A DNA stretch of 64,000 bases from Candidatus Omnitrophota bacterium (GCA_020341815.1 CP070837.1:780954-844953), one strand, 5' to 3'. Positions 18,435 to 30,535 are shown, numbered from the stretch's first letter. Notes: generated by a model not told the origin, from the letters alone. Program-made: numbers and translations.

Positions 18435-19586
18435 TTATCCTTCGCTTTCCATCTGCGATAAGAATACTTCTTTAAACAGGCCTTGCTTATGCGCCTCCCA
18501 AAATGCCTCTATTACTTTAGGGTCGAATTTTGTACCTGAGCCGGCCTTAAGTTCGGAAATTGCCTTGTGATAAGCCAGCGCCTTCCTGTAGGGCCTGTCG
18601 GTCATCATAGCATCTAAAGAATCCGCCACCCTGATTATTTTGGCCAGGATATTTATATCTTTTTCCTTCTTTCCGTAAGGATAACCGGTTCCGTCGCAAT
18701 TCTCATGGTGCGAAATGACTCCTTCCACTACTATATCCCCCAGCCATTTTTTTAAAGGTTTAATTATATTTGCGGACTCCAGGGGGTGGCGCTTCATCTG
18801 CTTCCATTCCTCAGCATTCAGCTTGTCCTCTTTCTTAAGCACGCTGGCGGAAAGTGCGACCTTGCCTATGTCATGAAATTCGGCAGCATAATATAAAGAT
18901 ATCTCGCCATACGGGATTTTCTCCAGTTCCCCGCTAAGCTGCGAGCCGATAATCACAGAAATCCGGGCAACCCTGTCAGAATGCCCTTTGGTATAAACAT
19001 CCTTATCTTCCAAGGCCTTATTTATCTTGCGTATAGAACTGACAAAAAGCTCTACTTCTTTCTTCACGGCGTTAAAATCATTGATCAGCTTTGCGCAATG
19101 CTGCGCCACCAGAGAAAAGGAGGCTATTTCTTCATTAGCATAGTCTTGCTCTGAGAGTTTTTTTCCTAAAATAAATACGGTTAGCAACTTCTCTTTAGCA
19201 AAACCCGGCAGGCAAACTTCGCCCTCCATCCTCTCTAATTTATTCTTAACTAAAGACAAAAAGCCCTGCCTTTCCTTTGTTAAGGCAACTGCAATATTCT
19301 CATCCACCTCCCTGGCCAAAAAAGGCTTTTTTATATCCAAGATGTGCTTTATCAAGGGGTCTGTCAGGCTAAAACTTGCCTCTTTTATGCTTGAGGCGCT
19401 GTCTTTTCTTGCTATATTCCTCTTGAGAATATATTTACGTTTTACTTCATCCAGGACGAATATCCTGATAAGCTCCATGGCGGAAAAGCTCTTGGCCTCA
19501 TTTTCCAAAAAGGCAAAAAGTTCCTTAGGAGTCTCTAATTTTGATATCTTCTCAATATCTTTTTTTAGCATCCCCGGCTCTTTCAT
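18435..19586 (-). CDS. HD-GYP domain phosphodiesterase with N-terminal sensor region
   Basis: 383 aa; HD motif HDIGK and downstream GYP-type motif (DGTGYP). Confidence 0.75.
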   Translation of the reverse strand: MKEPGMLKKDIEKISKLETPKELFAFLENEAKSFSAMELIRIFVLDEVKRKYILKRNIARKDSASSIKEASFSLTDPLIKHILDIKKPFLAREVDENIAVALTKERQGFLSLVKNKLERMEGEVCLPGFAKEKLLTVFILGKKLSEQDYANEEIASFSLVAQHCAKLINDFNAVKKEVELFVSSIRKINKALEDKDVYTKGHSDRVARISVIIGSQLSGELEKIPYGEISLYYAAEFHDIGKVALSASVLKKEDKLNAEEWKQMKRHPLESANIIKPLKKWLGDIVVEGVISHHENCDGTGYPYGKKEKDINILAKIIRVADSLDAMMTDRPYRKALAYHKAISELKAGSGTKFDPKVIEAFWEAHKQGLFKEVFLSQMESEG

Positions 19587-19594
19587 AAAAGAAC

Positions 19595-20965
19595 CTATCT
19601 TTCCAATATACTTTTTGATAACCTTTTTACGGGTTTGACAGGATATGCTCCATTAAAACAGGCGGTGCAGAAGTGCTCTCTCGGCAGTAACATTGCCCCA
19701 AGCATCCCTTCAAGGCTTAAATAAGCCAGGCTATCCAGATTGATAAAGTTTCTAATCCATTCTACACTGTGACCTGAAGCAATCAGTTCTTTCTTGGTGG
19801 GAAAATCGATACCGTAGAAGCAGGGATATCTCAAAGGCGGACAGCTCACGCGCATATGCACCTGTTTCGCCCCGGCCCGGCGCAATGTTTTTACGCGCAA
19901 GCGGCTTGTTGTGCCGCGGACAATGGAATCCTCAATGATAACTATACGTTTTCCTTTAAGCGCGTCACTTACAGGATTAAGCTTTACGCGCACGCGAAAA
20001 TCCCTGACAAATTGCGAAGGTTGAATAAAAGTCCTGCCTACATAATGATTCCTCACCAGGGCCATCTCCAGAGGAATGTTGCATTCCTGGCTGTAACCTA
20101 AGGCGGCATAATTTCCCGAGTCAGGAACAGGCATCACCAAATCGCAATCCGCCGGGCATTCACGACCAAGCTGACGGCCTAAACACTTGCGCGTTAAGTA
20201 CACATTCTTGCCGAATATATTGCTGTCTGGCCGGGCGAAATAGATATATTCAAAGATGCACAGAGCGGGCTTGTGCGCAGAGGGAAGCCTGAAGGATTTC
20301 ACTTCATTTTTATTGATAAATATAATCTCACCCGGCTCAACCTCCCTGATATATTTGGCGCCGATTAAGTCCAGAGCACAGGTCTCACTGGCCAAAACAT
20401 AAGCCCCATCAAGCCTGCCCAGACACAGCGGCCTCCATCCATAAGGGTCTCTTGCGCCAATCAATAAATCATTAAACATCAAAACCAGCGAATAGGCGCC
20501 TTCAGCTTGACTGAGAGCCTCGATTACAATTTTACTGATTTCTTTTTCCTTTGATTTAACTAAAAGGTGGGCAATCAGCTCCGAATCCATTGTGCTCTGA
20601 AATATAGAGCCTTTTTCCTCGAGAGTATGATGTAATTTCAGGGTGTTGGTAAGGTTGCCGTTATGGGCAATAGCGATATTGGCTTTTCTGTGTTTTGCCA
20701 AAAACGGCTGGATATTTTTTGCGGAACTTGCGCCGGTAGTGGAATAACGCGTATGGCCCACGGCGAGGGTACCCCGCAAAGGCTTAATTGCCCTCTCATC
20801 AAAGACGTCACTCACCAAACCCATACCTTTATGCTGACGGACTCTTTTTCCGTCGTAAGTGACAATCCCGGCGCTTTCTTCCCCGCGATGCTGCAGGGCA
20901 TAAAGGCCAAGATAAGTGAGCCTGGCTGCATCCTTATGTCCGGTTATACCGAATATTGCGCACAT
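19595..20965 (-). CDS. purF: Amidophosphoribosyltransferase
   Basis: 456 aa; N-terminal MCAIFGI with catalytic Cys and a PRTase domain. Confidence 0.9.
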   Translation of the reverse strand: MCAIFGITGHKDAARLTYLGLYALQHRGEESAGIVTYDGKRVRQHKGMGLVSDVFDERAIKPLRGTLAVGHTRYSTTGASSAKNIQPFLAKHRKANIAIAHNGNLTNTLKLHHTLEEKGSIFQSTMDSELIAHLLVKSKEKEISKIVIEALSQAEGAYSLVLMFNDLLIGARDPYGWRPLCLGRLDGAYVLASETCALDLIGAKYIREVEPGEIIFINKNEVKSFRLPSAHKPALCIFEYIYFARPDSNIFGKNVYLTRKCLGRQLGRECPADCDLVMPVPDSGNYAALGYSQECNIPLEMALVRNHYVGRTFIQPSQFVRDFRVRVKLNPVSDALKGKRIVIIEDSIVRGTTSRLRVKTLRRAGAKQVHMRVSCPPLRYPCFYGIDFPTKKELIASGHSVEWIRNFINLDSLAYLSLEGMLGAMLLPREHFCTACFNGAYPVKPVKRLSKSILER

Positions 20966-20976
20966 GCTTTCTTCAG

Positions 20977-21747
20977 CTAAATCCTAACTTTTATTCCTTT
21001 TTGCTTAAGGTACTCTTTTGCCTGCGGGATGGTAATTTCACCAAAATGAAATACCGATGCGCATAAGACATTGGCAGCCTTAGCCTGGCTCACCGCCTGA
21101 TAAAGATGTTCTAATTTACCTGCGCCGCCTGAAGCGGTAACGGGAATCTTAACGGTCTCGGCCACGGCCCGGGTCATCTCTATATCATAACCTTCTTTGG
21201 TACCGTCGGCATCCTTGCTGGTCAGGAGGATCTCCCCCGCTCCTAATGTTTCAACCCGCCTGGCCCATTGCACTACATCCAAGCCCGTTGCCTTTTCTCC
21301 TCCCATAATTAGAACCTCTAATCTCGGAGACCCGCTTTGAGGAGAATTTTTCCTGCCGTCAATAGCTACGACAAGCTTTTCCCTGCCGAACCTTTCGCTT
21401 GCCTGCTTAATTAAATCGGGATTTTTAACTGCGGCGGTATTGATAGAAACCTTATCTACGCCAAGATTAAAAAGGGCTTCCATATCCTCTAAGTTTCCGA
21501 TACCTCCCCCGACACAAAAAGGCACCGTGGTTACTTCCTTTACCTTTTTTACCCAATCCAGGCGCGTTGCCCTTGATTCTACGGAAGCAGCGATGTCTAA
21601 AAAAACAAGCTCGTCTGCGCCTTGAGCGCAATAAGCAGCTGCTGCCTCTACCGGATCGCGGGCATCTTTCAAATCCACAAACTTTATGCCTTTAACCACC
21701 CGCCCATTCTTGATATCCAGGCAGGGGATAACCTTTACCGCTTGCAT
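20977..21747 (-). CDS. hisF: Imidazole glycerol phosphate synthase cyclase subunit HisF
   Basis: 256 aa; HisF-type (beta/alpha)8 sequence (IPCLDIKNGRVVKG ... GADE ... SGGAG). Confidence 0.8.
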   Translation of the reverse strand: MQAVKVIPCLDIKNGRVVKGIKFVDLKDARDPVEAAAAYCAQGADELVFLDIAASVESRATRLDWVKKVKEVTTVPFCVGGGIGNLEDMEALFNLGVDKVSINTAAVKNPDLIKQASERFGREKLVVAIDGRKNSPQSGSPRLEVLIMGGEKATGLDVVQWARRVETLGAGEILLTSKDADGTKEGYDIEMTRAVAETVKIPVTASGGAGKLEHLYQAVSQAKAANVLCASVFHFGEITIPQAKEYLKQKGIKVRI

Positions 21748-21762
21748 TTTATCCTCACTTTG

Positions 21763-24000
21763 TTATTTTAACCTTGAAGGAATTGCCTCTCTCCAGGTTT
21801 TGCTTAATTTATCCAGCGGCAGGTTAATTATCGTTTTCCCTTCGGATTGGACCGTAAGTTTTTCCCCGCCGACATTACCTAAAATCTGATACGGGACTGA
21901 ATGCTTCCTTGCTATCTCCTCCAAGCTGCCGAGATTATCCTTATTCAGAGAGACTACTATTCTGGAAGGCGCCTCGCCAAAGAGAATCTCATCCATCCTT
22001 ATATTGCCTTCTCCTATCTCCCCTAAAGTTATGGCTGCGCCCAGCATTTGATCTGCCTTTGTAATACAGGCCTCAGCCAAAGCAACCATCAACCCGCCTT
22101 CGGAACAATCGTGGGCGGAATTGACAACACTCTCCTCAATTGCCGAAAGCACAGCTTCCTGAACGGCCTTTTCTTTTTCTATATCTATCTGGGGATTGCC
22201 TTTCTTCTGGTTGTGCACCAGGTATAGATATTCGCTGCCTGAGAGGTCGGCTTTATTCTCACCCAAAAGGACTATTAAGTCACCTTCTTTCTTAAAATCC
22301 TGGGTAACACATTTATCTGCGTCTTTTATCAACCCTACCATTCCCACCATAGGGGTTGGGTCCACCGCCCCTTTGGGGTTTTCGTTATAAAAGCTGGCAT
22401 TGCCGCTTATAACAGGAGTATTCAGGGTTCGACAGGCCGCGGAAAGCCCTTCTATACACTTCTGGAACTGCCAGTAGTTTTCCGGCTTCATCGGATTGCC
22501 AAAATTGAGACCATCGGTAATCGCCAGGGGCCGGCCTCCTGCGCAGACTATGTTTCTTGCCGCCTCCGCCACCGCCATCATTGCGCCGTTATAAGGATTT
22601 AGATAGCAATAGCGGCCATTGCAATCCACGCTTATCGCTAAGGCCATTTTGGTATCCTTAATTTTAATCACGGCCCCATCGGAACCTGCGCCCACTATCA
22701 CTTCCTCTTTATCGATAGCGGTAAAATTTTTATAAGCTGATTCCTTGCTGGCAATAGTCGGAGAATCGAGCAACTGCAACAATACCTTATTAAAATCATC
22801 GGGCTCTGTTATGGATTCACGATTTAACTGCTGGGCCTCTTTTAGATAGAGAGGCTCTTTAACTTCACGATCATAAAGCGGAGCTTCCTCGGTAAGTGCT
22901 TTGGCCGGAACTTCGCAAACCACCACACCTTTTTCCTTAACGCGCATAATCTTATCATCCGTTACCTGTCCAATTTTTACGGCATTAACTTCCCACTTCT
23001 TTAATATGTCCAGCGCTTCCTTTTCTCTGCCTTCTTTTAAAATAGCCAGCATCCTCTCCTGAGATTCAGAAAGGAGAATTTCATAAGGCGTCATCCCCTT
23101 CTCGCGCTGAGGAATAAGGGCCACATCTATTTCAATACCGGTTGCGCTTCTTGAGGCTGTCTCGCAAGAAGAGCAAGTAAGCCCGGCCGCGCCCATATCC
23201 TGCATCCCCACGACCAGGTCTTTTTCTATCAATTCCAGACAGGCCTCTCTTAAGCGCCTTCCCAATTCCGGGTCGCCTATAGCCACAGCGCTCTTTTCCG
23301 AAGCCGACTCCTCCGTTATCTCCTTGGAAGCAAAACTGGCTCCGCCGACACCGTCTCTGCCCGTATCCCCTCCTATATAATATACAGGATTACCTATTCC
23401 GGAGGCTGCGCCTTTGATAATATTGCCATGCTTTACAATGCCCACAACAAAGGCATTAACCAGGGGGTTGCCCGCATAGCTCTCATCAAAATAGGTATCA
23501 CCCCCAACGGCGTTAATCTTGGCAATATTGGCATAATGTGCCAGGCCCCTGATAACTTCTTTAAAGAGGAATTTCACCCGCTCGTTATCTAAACTTCCAA
23601 ATCTTAAGGCCCCCAAAACCGCTACGGGCCTGGCTCCGGTAGTAAATATATCCCTAACGCACCCCCCTATGCCTGTGGCTGAGGCCTCAAAAGGCTCTAC
23701 TGCCGAGGGGTGATTGTGCGATTCTATCTTAAAGGCGACTCCCAAGCCATCGCCTATATCAACGATTCCGGAATTTTCTTCACCTGCACCGACTAATACA
23801 TGACTTGCCTTTGTAGGGAAAAGCTTGAATAATTTGCGTGAATTTTTATAACTGCAGTGCTCCGACCACATCGCCGAGAAAACGCCTAATTCCGTAACAT
23901 TCGGCTCTCTGCCGAGCAATTCCTTTATTCTACTAAATTCCTCTTCGCTGAGGCCCATTTCTTTTGCCAGCTCCACATCAACCTTAATCTCCGTTTCCAT
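21763..24000 (-). CDS. purL: Phosphoribosylformylglycinamidine synthase subunit PurL
   Basis: Track ORF from 24030; ATG at 24000 (METEIKVDVELAKEMGLSEEEF...) matches the usual PurL N-terminus and leaves a 20-nt gap after guaA. Confidence 0.9.
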   Translation of the reverse strand: METEIKVDVELAKEMGLSEEEFSRIKELLGREPNVTELGVFSAMWSEHCSYKNSRKLFKLFPTKASHVLVGAGEENSGIVDIGDGLGVAFKIESHNHPSAVEPFEASATGIGGCVRDIFTTGARPVAVLGALRFGSLDNERVKFLFKEVIRGLAHYANIAKINAVGGDTYFDESYAGNPLVNAFVVGIVKHGNIIKGAASGIGNPVYYIGGDTGRDGVGGASFASKEITEESASEKSAVAIGDPELGRRLREACLELIEKDLVVGMQDMGAAGLTCSSCETASRSATGIEIDVALIPQREKGMTPYEILLSESQERMLAILKEGREKEALDILKKWEVNAVKIGQVTDDKIMRVKEKGVVVCEVPAKALTEEAPLYDREVKEPLYLKEAQQLNRESITEPDDFNKVLLQLLDSPTIASKESAYKNFTAIDKEEVIVGAGSDGAVIKIKDTKMALAISVDCNGRYCYLNPYNGAMMAVAEAARNIVCAGGRPLAITDGLNFGNPMKPENYWQFQKCIEGLSAACRTLNTPVISGNASFYNENPKGAVDPTPMVGMVGLIKDADKCVTQDFKKEGDLIVLLGENKADLSGSEYLYLVHNQKKGNPQIDIEKEKAVQEAVLSAIEESVVNSAHDCSEGGLMVALAEACITKADQMLGAAITLGEIGEGNIRMDEILFGEAPSRIVVSLNKDNLGSLEEIARKHSVPYQILGNVGGEKLTVQSEGKTIINLPLDKLSKTWREAIPSRLK

Positions 24001-24020
24001 TCGTTGCCTCCTTTTCACTC

Positions 24021-25562
24021 TTACTCCCATTCTATTGTGCTCGGCGGCTTTGATGAAACATCATAGACCACCCGGTTTATCCCTTTAACTTCATTAATAA
24101 TACGGTTGGAAACTCGCTCTAAGACTTCATACGGAAGCTTTGCCCAATGCGCAGTCATGGCGTCAACGCTTGTCACGGCTCTTACGGCCACAACGTTTTC
24201 GTAAGTCCTCTTATCTCCCATTACACCCACTGTCTTAACCGGCAGAAACACGCAGAACGACTGCCAAAGCTTGCGGTATAACTTTGCCTTCTTTATTTCA
24301 TCGATTAAAATCCAGTCCGCTTCGCGCAGGATATCCAGCCGCTCTTTGGTAATTGCTCCTAAAACCCTTACCGCCAGGCCCGGGCCGGGAAAGGGCTGGC
24401 GATAAACAACCTCATCCGGCAGGCCCAATTCCTTGCCTACCAGCCTTACTTCGTCTTTGAATAAATCCTTTAAGGGTTCGATTAACTCAAATTTTAGATG
24501 CGGCGGCAAGCCCCCCACATTATGATGGGTCTTGATTGTCGCCGAGGGTCCGCCCAAGGCAGAGCGCGATTCGATTACATCGGGATACAAGGTGCCCTGG
24601 GCCAGAAACTTAAACTTCCCCAGCTTCTTGGCCTCTTTCTCAAAGACGCGGATAAATAATCTTCCGATAATCTTGCGTTTTAACTCCGGGTCTCTTATTC
24701 CCCTTAGTCCGTCTAAAAAAATATCCTGGGCGTTGACAGTTTTTAAATTAAGCCGGTAGTAATTCTTAAATCTCTTTTTTACCAGGGCAGCCTCATTTTT
24801 GCGCAAGAGGCCATTATCGATAAAGATAGCCTTTAAGTTCTTGCCTATTGCCTTATGTAAGAGTAAGGTCAGAACCGAGGAATCCACGCCGCCGCTTAAG
24901 GCACAGAGGACTTTATCTATGCCTATTCTCGCTCTCAATTCCTCGATGGAGCTTTTGACAAACGAGTGCATATCCCAGCTTTTTCGGCAGGCGGCTATAT
25001 CAAAGAGGAAATTGTTTATTATTCTCTTGCCTTTGGGGGTATGCATCACTTCCGGATGAAACTGCAGGCCGTAAAACCTTCTTTTCTCATCAGCCATGGC
25101 GGCGATCTTAGCATTTTCAGTCGAACCGATTATCTTAAATCCGTCCCCGAGTTTCGTAATCTTATCGCCGTGGCTCATCCAGACCGGCTCACTTTTATTT
25201 AAGCCCTTAAATAGGCCCTTTCTTGAGCTAACCTTAAGAATTGCCTTGCCGTATTCTCTGGCCCGAGCTCCGGAAACCTTACCCCCCAGCATCTTAGCCA
25301 TAAGCTGGGCACCATAGCAGATACCCAGAACAGGCACTCCCATATTAAAAGTATCCTTGCCGCAGGCGGGGCTGCGTCTTTCCGTAACGCTGGCCGGGCC
25401 GCCCGATAAAATTAAGGCAGAAGGCCTTCTGGATAAAAGCTCCTCGGCCTTAATATTATACGGCAGTATCTCTGAATAAACCCCGCATTCTCTGACGCGG
25501 CGGGCAATCAGGTGGGTGTATTGCGAACCGAAATCCAAAATCCCTACCCAGTCTTTATACAT
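24021..25562 (-). CDS. guaA: GMP synthase (glutamine-hydrolysing)
   Basis: 513 aa; class I glutamine amidotransferase domain (GICYGAQ) plus ATP pyrophosphatase SGGVDSS motif. Start overlaps the carB 3' end, so it may lie slightly downstream. Confidence 0.9.
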   Translation of the reverse strand: MYKDWVGILDFGSQYTHLIARRVRECGVYSEILPYNIKAEELLSRRPSALILSGGPASVTERRSPACGKDTFNMGVPVLGICYGAQLMAKMLGGKVSGARAREYGKAILKVSSRKGLFKGLNKSEPVWMSHGDKITKLGDGFKIIGSTENAKIAAMADEKRRFYGLQFHPEVMHTPKGKRIINNFLFDIAACRKSWDMHSFVKSSIEELRARIGIDKVLCALSGGVDSSVLTLLLHKAIGKNLKAIFIDNGLLRKNEAALVKKRFKNYYRLNLKTVNAQDIFLDGLRGIRDPELKRKIIGRLFIRVFEKEAKKLGKFKFLAQGTLYPDVIESRSALGGPSATIKTHHNVGGLPPHLKFELIEPLKDLFKDEVRLVGKELGLPDEVVYRQPFPGPGLAVRVLGAITKERLDILREADWILIDEIKKAKLYRKLWQSFCVFLPVKTVGVMGDKRTYENVVAVRAVTSVDAMTAHWAKLPYEVLERVSNRIINEVKGINRVVYDVSSKPPSTIEWE

Positions 25563-28500
25563 TCTTTCACTCCCGGGAGTACCCGATAATAATCCTGCAG
25601 GGCCTTGGGGAAAACCTTGGCTTTAGAGATAGCCTCAATGCCTTCGATGCTGGCCCCGGCAGCGGTTAAAGATGTAATGTAAGGTATTTTATACTGAATT
25701 GCCTTGATGCGGATATAACTGTCGTCGTATTTTCCGCTTCTGCCCAAAGGGGTATTAATAATCAACTGGACTTCACTATTCTTAATCGCATCGGCAATAT
25801 TCGGTCTTCCCTCGTGCAGCTTTCTCACCAGGGTATTATCTATCCCTTTTTCTTTCAAAAAGCGGCTGGTGCCTTCGGTAGCGCAGATATTGAATCCGAG
25901 TTTCCTGATGCGCTGGGCCAGAGGCACCAAAGCGGGCTTATCCTTATCGGTCACGGTTAAAAGGACGGCTCCCTTAACAGGCAATTTTGTGCCTGCGGCC
26001 TCTTCTGCTTTGTAGAAAGCCAGGCCGAATGTATCGGCAATACCCATTACCTCCCCCGTTGCCCTCATTTCCGGACCCAACAAAGGATCCACCTCGGGAA
26101 ACATATTAAAAGGAAAGACCGCCTCCTTGACTCCCACATAAGGAAGCGCTCGCTTCTTTAGTTCGGGAAAGTCGGAAAGCTTTTTACCCAGCATCAATTG
26201 AGTGGCTATGCGCGCTATGGGCATCCCGGTTATCTTGGAAACCAGAGGAACCGTGCGTGATGCCCTGGGATTGGCTTCCAGGATATAAACCTTATCGTCG
26301 CAGATGGCATACTGGATATTCATCAGCCCCACCACATTCAGCTCTTTGGCGATTTGCTCGGTGTATTTCTCAATCGTTTTCAGGTGCTTGGGCTTGATGG
26401 TGCGGGCAGGAATTACGCAGGCCGAATCCCCTGAATGCACCCCGGCCAGCTCAATATGCTCCATAATCGCAGCCACAAATGTCTCTTCCCCGTCGGAGAG
26501 GGCATCCACCTCTGCCTCAACGGCCTGCTCAAGGAATCTGTCAATCAGCATCGGATGTTCCGGGCTCACCCTTATGGCCTCCCGGGCATAAGTGCCTAAT
26601 CTCTCTTCATCATAGATAATCTCCATGCCTCTGCCGCCCAGGACATAAGAGGGGCGCACCATTAAAGGATAGCCGATTTTCTTAGCTATGCTTAAGGCCT
26701 CTTCCAGGGAACGGGCAGTGCCGCTTTCGGGCTGAAGTATGTTCAAGGCAATCATCTTTTCGCGAAAACGCTCTCTGTCCTCGGCCAGGTGAATGTTTTC
26801 CGGGCTGGTGCCTAAGATATTTATCCCATTATCTTTTAACTCCTGGGCGATATTCAAAGGGGTCTGTCCCCCGAACTGGACAATTACGCCTTCGGGTTTT
26901 TCCTTTTCATGAATTGCCAAAACATCCTCAACTGTTAACGGCTCAAAGTAAAGCTTATCGGAGGTATCGTAATCGGTAGATACCGTCTCGGGATTACAGT
27001 TAACCATAATTGACTCGAAAGCCTCGTCGCGCAGGGTGAAAGCCGCATGCACGCAGGTATAATCGAATTCAATCCCCTGGCCAATCCTGTTGGGCCCGCC
27101 GCCTAAAATCATTATTTTTCTATTTTTAGAGACTTCAACTTTATCTTCGGCGTTGTAAGTGGAATAATAATAAGCCGCATTTCCCACTCCGCTTACAGGC
27201 ACCGGCTCAAAGGCCGCCTTTTTCCCAAGTGCAAGTCTCTTAAGACGGACTTCTTTTTCCTTCACATTAAAAAGTCCGGCCAGATACTTATCACTAAAAC
27301 CCCATTCCTTGGCTTGAGTGAGCTTCTCATCGGGAAGCTCCTGCCAGTTATATTCAAGCAGCTCTTCCTCAAAATCAACCAGTTCTTTCATCTGTTTAAT
27401 AAACCAGCGGCCGATGAAGGTAAGCTGATAGAGCTCTTCTATATCTGCACCTTTGCGCAGGGCCTCATACATCAGAAAGACGCGCTCACTTGAAGGCTGA
27501 ACCAGCCTTTCTTTTAAGGCCTCCAGGGAAAGCGATTTGAAATCCTTAGCACCTCCTAAGCCATATCTTTTTATCTCCAGCGAGCGGATGGACTTCTGAA
27601 AGGCCTCTTTAAAGTTCTTGGCAATGCTCATTGCCTCACCCACGGCCTTCATCTGCGTCCCTAAGACATCCTTAGCGCGGGGAAACTTTTCAAAGGCCCA
27701 GCGGGCAAACTTAATTACTACATAGTCCCCCCAGGGCTCGTATTTCTCCAATGTCCCTTTTCGCCAATAAGGAATCTCATTCATAGTTATACCTGCAGCC
27801 AGCTTTGTGGAAATACGCGCAATGGGAAAACCGGTCGCTTTGGAAGCCAGGGCGGAAGAACGGGATGTGCGGGGATTAATCTCGATTACCACCAGGCGGT
27901 CGTCTTTTAGGTTATGGGCAAACTGGATATTTGTCCCGCCGACCACGCCAATTGCATCCACTATTCTATAAGAAAGCTCCTGCATCCTTTTCTGTAATTC
28001 TTCAGGGACGGTAAGCATAGGGGCGGAGCAAAAGCTGTCTCCCGTATGCACGCCCATGGCATCTATATTTTCAATAAAACAGACGGTGATTTTTTGATTC
28101 TTCTGATCCCTGACTACTTCAAGCTCAAGCTCCTCCCAGCCCAGAACAGACTCTTCAACCAAAACCTGATGCACCAGGCTCACCGCCAGTCCACGGCTGA
28201 CAATCGTTCTTAATTCTTCTATATTATAGGCAATTCCGCCGCCGGTTCCGCCCATGGTATAAGCAGGACGAAGCACTACCGGATAACCCAACTTCTCGGC
28301 TATTTTTTCTGCCTCTTCCACGGAATAGCAGGGCTCGGACTCAGCGATAGGTACGTCCAAGTTCTTCATCGTCTCTTTAAAGGCAATTCGGTCCTCACCG
28401 CGCTCAATAGCATCGGCCTTCACCCCGATAATCTCCACGCCGTATTTTTCCAATATCCCTGCCTTATATAGACTGGAACTGAGATTGAGACCGGTCTGGC

Positions 28501-28774
28501 CTCCTAAGTTTGAAAGGAGCCCATCGGGTCTTTCTTTTTCGATAATCTTCTCCAGGCTCTCAACCGTCAAGGGCTCTATATATGTCTTATCCGCCATGCC
28601 CGGATCCGTCATTATGGTGGCAGGATTGGAATTGACCAGCACCACCTCATATCCTTCTTCTTTCAAGGCCTTGCAGGCCTGGGTGCCGGAATAGTCAAAC
28701 TCACAGGCCTGACCGATAATAATAGGCCCTGAGCCGATAATTAACACCTTGTGGATGTCTTTTCTTTTTGCCAT
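25544..28774 (-). CDS. carB: Carbamoyl-phosphate synthase large subunit
   Basis: 1076 aa; duplicated ATP-grasp halves, N-terminus [33 protein letters not shown]. Confidence 0.95.
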   Translation of the reverse strand: MAKRKDIHKVLIIGSGPIIIGQACEFDYSGTQACKALKEEGYEVVLVNSNPATIMTDPGMADKTYIEPLTVESLEKIIEKERPDGLLSNLGGQTGLNLSSSLYKAGILEKYGVEIIGVKADAIERGEDRIAFKETMKNLDVPIAESEPCYSVEEAEKIAEKLGYPVVLRPAYTMGGTGGGIAYNIEELRTIVSRGLAVSLVHQVLVEESVLGWEELELEVVRDQKNQKITVCFIENIDAMGVHTGDSFCSAPMLTVPEELQKRMQELSYRIVDAIGVVGGTNIQFAHNLKDDRLVVIEINPRTSRSSALASKATGFPIARISTKLAAGITMNEIPYWRKGTLEKYEPWGDYVVIKFARWAFEKFPRAKDVLGTQMKAVGEAMSIAKNFKEAFQKSIRSLEIKRYGLGGAKDFKSLSLEALKERLVQPSSERVFLMYEALRKGADIEELYQLTFIGRWFIKQMKELVDFEEELLEYNWQELPDEKLTQAKEWGFSDKYLAGLFNVKEKEVRLKRLALGKKAAFEPVPVSGVGNAAYYYSTYNAEDKVEVSKNRKIMILGGGPNRIGQGIEFDYTCVHAAFTLRDEAFESIMVNCNPETVSTDYDTSDKLYFEPLTVEDVLAIHEKEKPEGVIVQFGGQTPLNIAQELKDNGINILGTSPENIHLAEDRERFREKMIALNILQPESGTARSLEEALSIAKKIGYPLMVRPSYVLGGRGMEIIYDEERLGTYAREAIRVSPEHPMLIDRFLEQAVEAEVDALSDGEETFVAAIMEHIELAGVHSGDSACVIPARTIKPKHLKTIEKYTEQIAKELNVVGLMNIQYAICDDKVYILEANPRASRTVPLVSKITGMPIARIATQLMLGKKLSDFPELKKRALPYVGVKEAVFPFNMFPEVDPLLGPEMRATGEVMGIADTFGLAFYKAEEAAGTKLPVKGAVLLTVTDKDKPALVPLAQRIRKLGFNICATEGTSRFLKEKGIDNTLVRKLHEGRPNIADAIKNSEVQLIINTPLGRSGKYDDSYIRIKAIQYKIPYITSLTAAGASIEGIEAISKAKVFPKALQDYYRVLPGVKECIKTG

Positions 28775-28821
28775 AGTTCCCCTCTTATTCTTTCTAGATT
28801 AAATAAGATAACTAAGGGCAT

Positions 28822-28851
28822 ATTATATCATATTCTTTAACTATCTTGCAA
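28822..28851 (-). promoter_or_regulatory. Candidate promoter upstream of carB
   Basis: Minus strand reads TTGCAA-N18-TATAAT with TGA immediately upstream of the -10 (extended -10); followed by RBS AAGAGGGGAACT and the carB ATG. Confidence 0.35.
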
Positions 28852-28878
28852 TAGCCAAAAATTGAGTCTGTCTCAACT

Positions 28879-30471
28879 TTATCTCCCATCAAGAATTGCC
28901 TCGGCCTCCCGGCGATAAGCATCCATCACATAAGGGATGCCGGAGACTTTCGCTGCTTCCTCCGTCAAAGCCATTAAGTCTTCTCTGGAAATCGTCTCTA
29001 TCTTGAAATTTCTGCTGCCGGCCATAAGTTGCTGCAGGCCAACCCTGATTTTCTGGACAAAAGAATAAATCCCCAGGGCCCCCAGAGGAATATTATCTAC
29101 ATCTTTACCGTATTTATCTCTCAACTCTTCGTAGCAGACAAAAATCTCCTTTACCGTTTTGCCAAATTCCGATACGGTAGGTGGAAGCTTATTTTCTTTA
29201 AGCCATCTGCCGATATTTTTACCAACGAAAGCGGGAATTACAAGGGCGCGGCCCATACATACCGCTTTAACATATGGGGCGCCCATTGCTATTACTTTGA
29301 AGATATGGTCTTCCGTGGAAAAACCGCCGGCAATAGCGATATCGGGCAGGTGCATACCTTTTTTCGCCAGTTTTTGACAGAACTCATAAGCCAGGGCCTG
29401 TAAGTAAAAGGTAGGGATGCCCCATTCTTCCATCATTCTCCAGGGGCTCATTCCTGTGCCGCCGGGCGCCCCGTCAATGGTCAAAAGGTCAAGCTGAGCC
29501 ATTGAGCTATATTTAACAGCCATAGCCAATTCTCTCATCGAATAAGCGCCTGTTTTTAAACTGATGCGCTTGAACCCCAGGTCCCTTAAGCGCTTAACCT
29601 CCTTCAGGAAGGCATCTTCAGATACAAACCCCAAGCGCGAATGCCGCTCAAACTCTTTTATAGCTCCGTCTTTAAACGCCTCTTGATTGGCGTGCAGGGA
29701 TGGATCGGGGGTTACGATATAACCTCTTTTCTGAAGCTCAAGGGCGCGCCTTAAGCTCCCTACTTTTATTTCTCCGCCGATACATTTGGCGCCCTGGCCC
29801 CACTTTAATTCAATAGCATCCAGCTTATGCTGCTTCCTTATATATTCAGCCACGCCCAGGCGCGTATCCTCCACATTCATCTGCACTAATATTTCGCCAT
29901 AACCTTCGTGGAATCTTTTATAAGTTTCTATCCGCCGGTCCATCTCCGGAGATTTTTTAATCTTTCCTTCTGCGTCCAGCCGAAGGCCCGGGTCAATGCC
30001 GCAAACATTCTCCCCGCAGACTAAAGTAATTCCGGAAATAGCCGCTCCGACTGCGCAATGCTCCCAGTTCTTAGCGGCAATTTCCGTTGAACCAAGGGCA
30101 CCGGTGAAAATAGGCGCTCGCATTTTAATCTTTTTCTTCCAGCCATACTGTGTTTCGGTATTTACATCGGGAAATCTCGCCGTATCGGGGCTTGCCTCCA
30201 CCCCTTCAGGCAAACCCTTTGCCCCTTGCGCATACCCCTGGATATTCAGGTGTGAATAATCCAGGGGGTAATTTTTATCGGCTGCGGCCGTTATCTCGCC
30301 GTAAGGGCCGGGATAAATCACCTCCCGGCCCCTGAAAGAGGCCTTAAAGATTTCGCAACTGCCCCTGCATCCGTCAATACAGCGGGAGCATATCCCCGAA
30401 CCCGGTACAACATGCTTAGAACGATTAAATGTTCTTGTTGCATCGTTTGCATTCGGTCTTTGTAAATTCAT
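28879..30471 (-). CDS. Glutamate synthase domain-2-like FMN-dependent oxidoreductase (GltB-like) with N-terminal Cys cluster
   Basis: 530 aa; GltB central-domain-like sequence; N-terminal CSRCIDGCRGSC; RBS AAGGAGGAA before the ATG. Confidence 0.7.
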   Translation of the reverse strand: MNLQRPNANDATRTFNRSKHVVPGSGICSRCIDGCRGSCEIFKASFRGREVIYPGPYGEITAAADKNYPLDYSHLNIQGYAQGAKGLPEGVEASPDTARFPDVNTETQYGWKKKIKMRAPIFTGALGSTEIAAKNWEHCAVGAAISGITLVCGENVCGIDPGLRLDAEGKIKKSPEMDRRIETYKRFHEGYGEILVQMNVEDTRLGVAEYIRKQHKLDAIELKWGQGAKCIGGEIKVGSLRRALELQKRGYIVTPDPSLHANQEAFKDGAIKEFERHSRLGFVSEDAFLKEVKRLRDLGFKRISLKTGAYSMRELAMAVKYSSMAQLDLLTIDGAPGGTGMSPWRMMEEWGIPTFYLQALAYEFCQKLAKKGMHLPDIAIAGGFSTEDHIFKVIAMGAPYVKAVCMGRALVIPAFVGKNIGRWLKENKLPPTVSEFGKTVKEIFVCYEELRDKYGKDVDNIPLGALGIYSFVQKIRVGLQQLMAGSRNFKIETISREDLMALTEEAAKVSGIPYVMDAYRREAEAILDGR

Positions 30472-30497
30472 GACGTTCCTCCTTCTTAGAAAAAGAA

Positions 30498-30535
30498 AAG
30501 CCCTCTTTTAGACATCTATGTCCAAAAAAGGGCTT
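30498..30535 (-). terminator. Leader hairpin T2 (18-bp imperfect palindrome) followed by a U-rich tract, directly 5' of the gltB-like RBS
   Basis: Plus strand aagccctcttttagacat-ct-atgtccaaaaaagggctt, arms complementary at 16/18; on the minus-strand RNA it is followed by UUUCUUUUUCU and then the SD. Confidence 0.45.
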
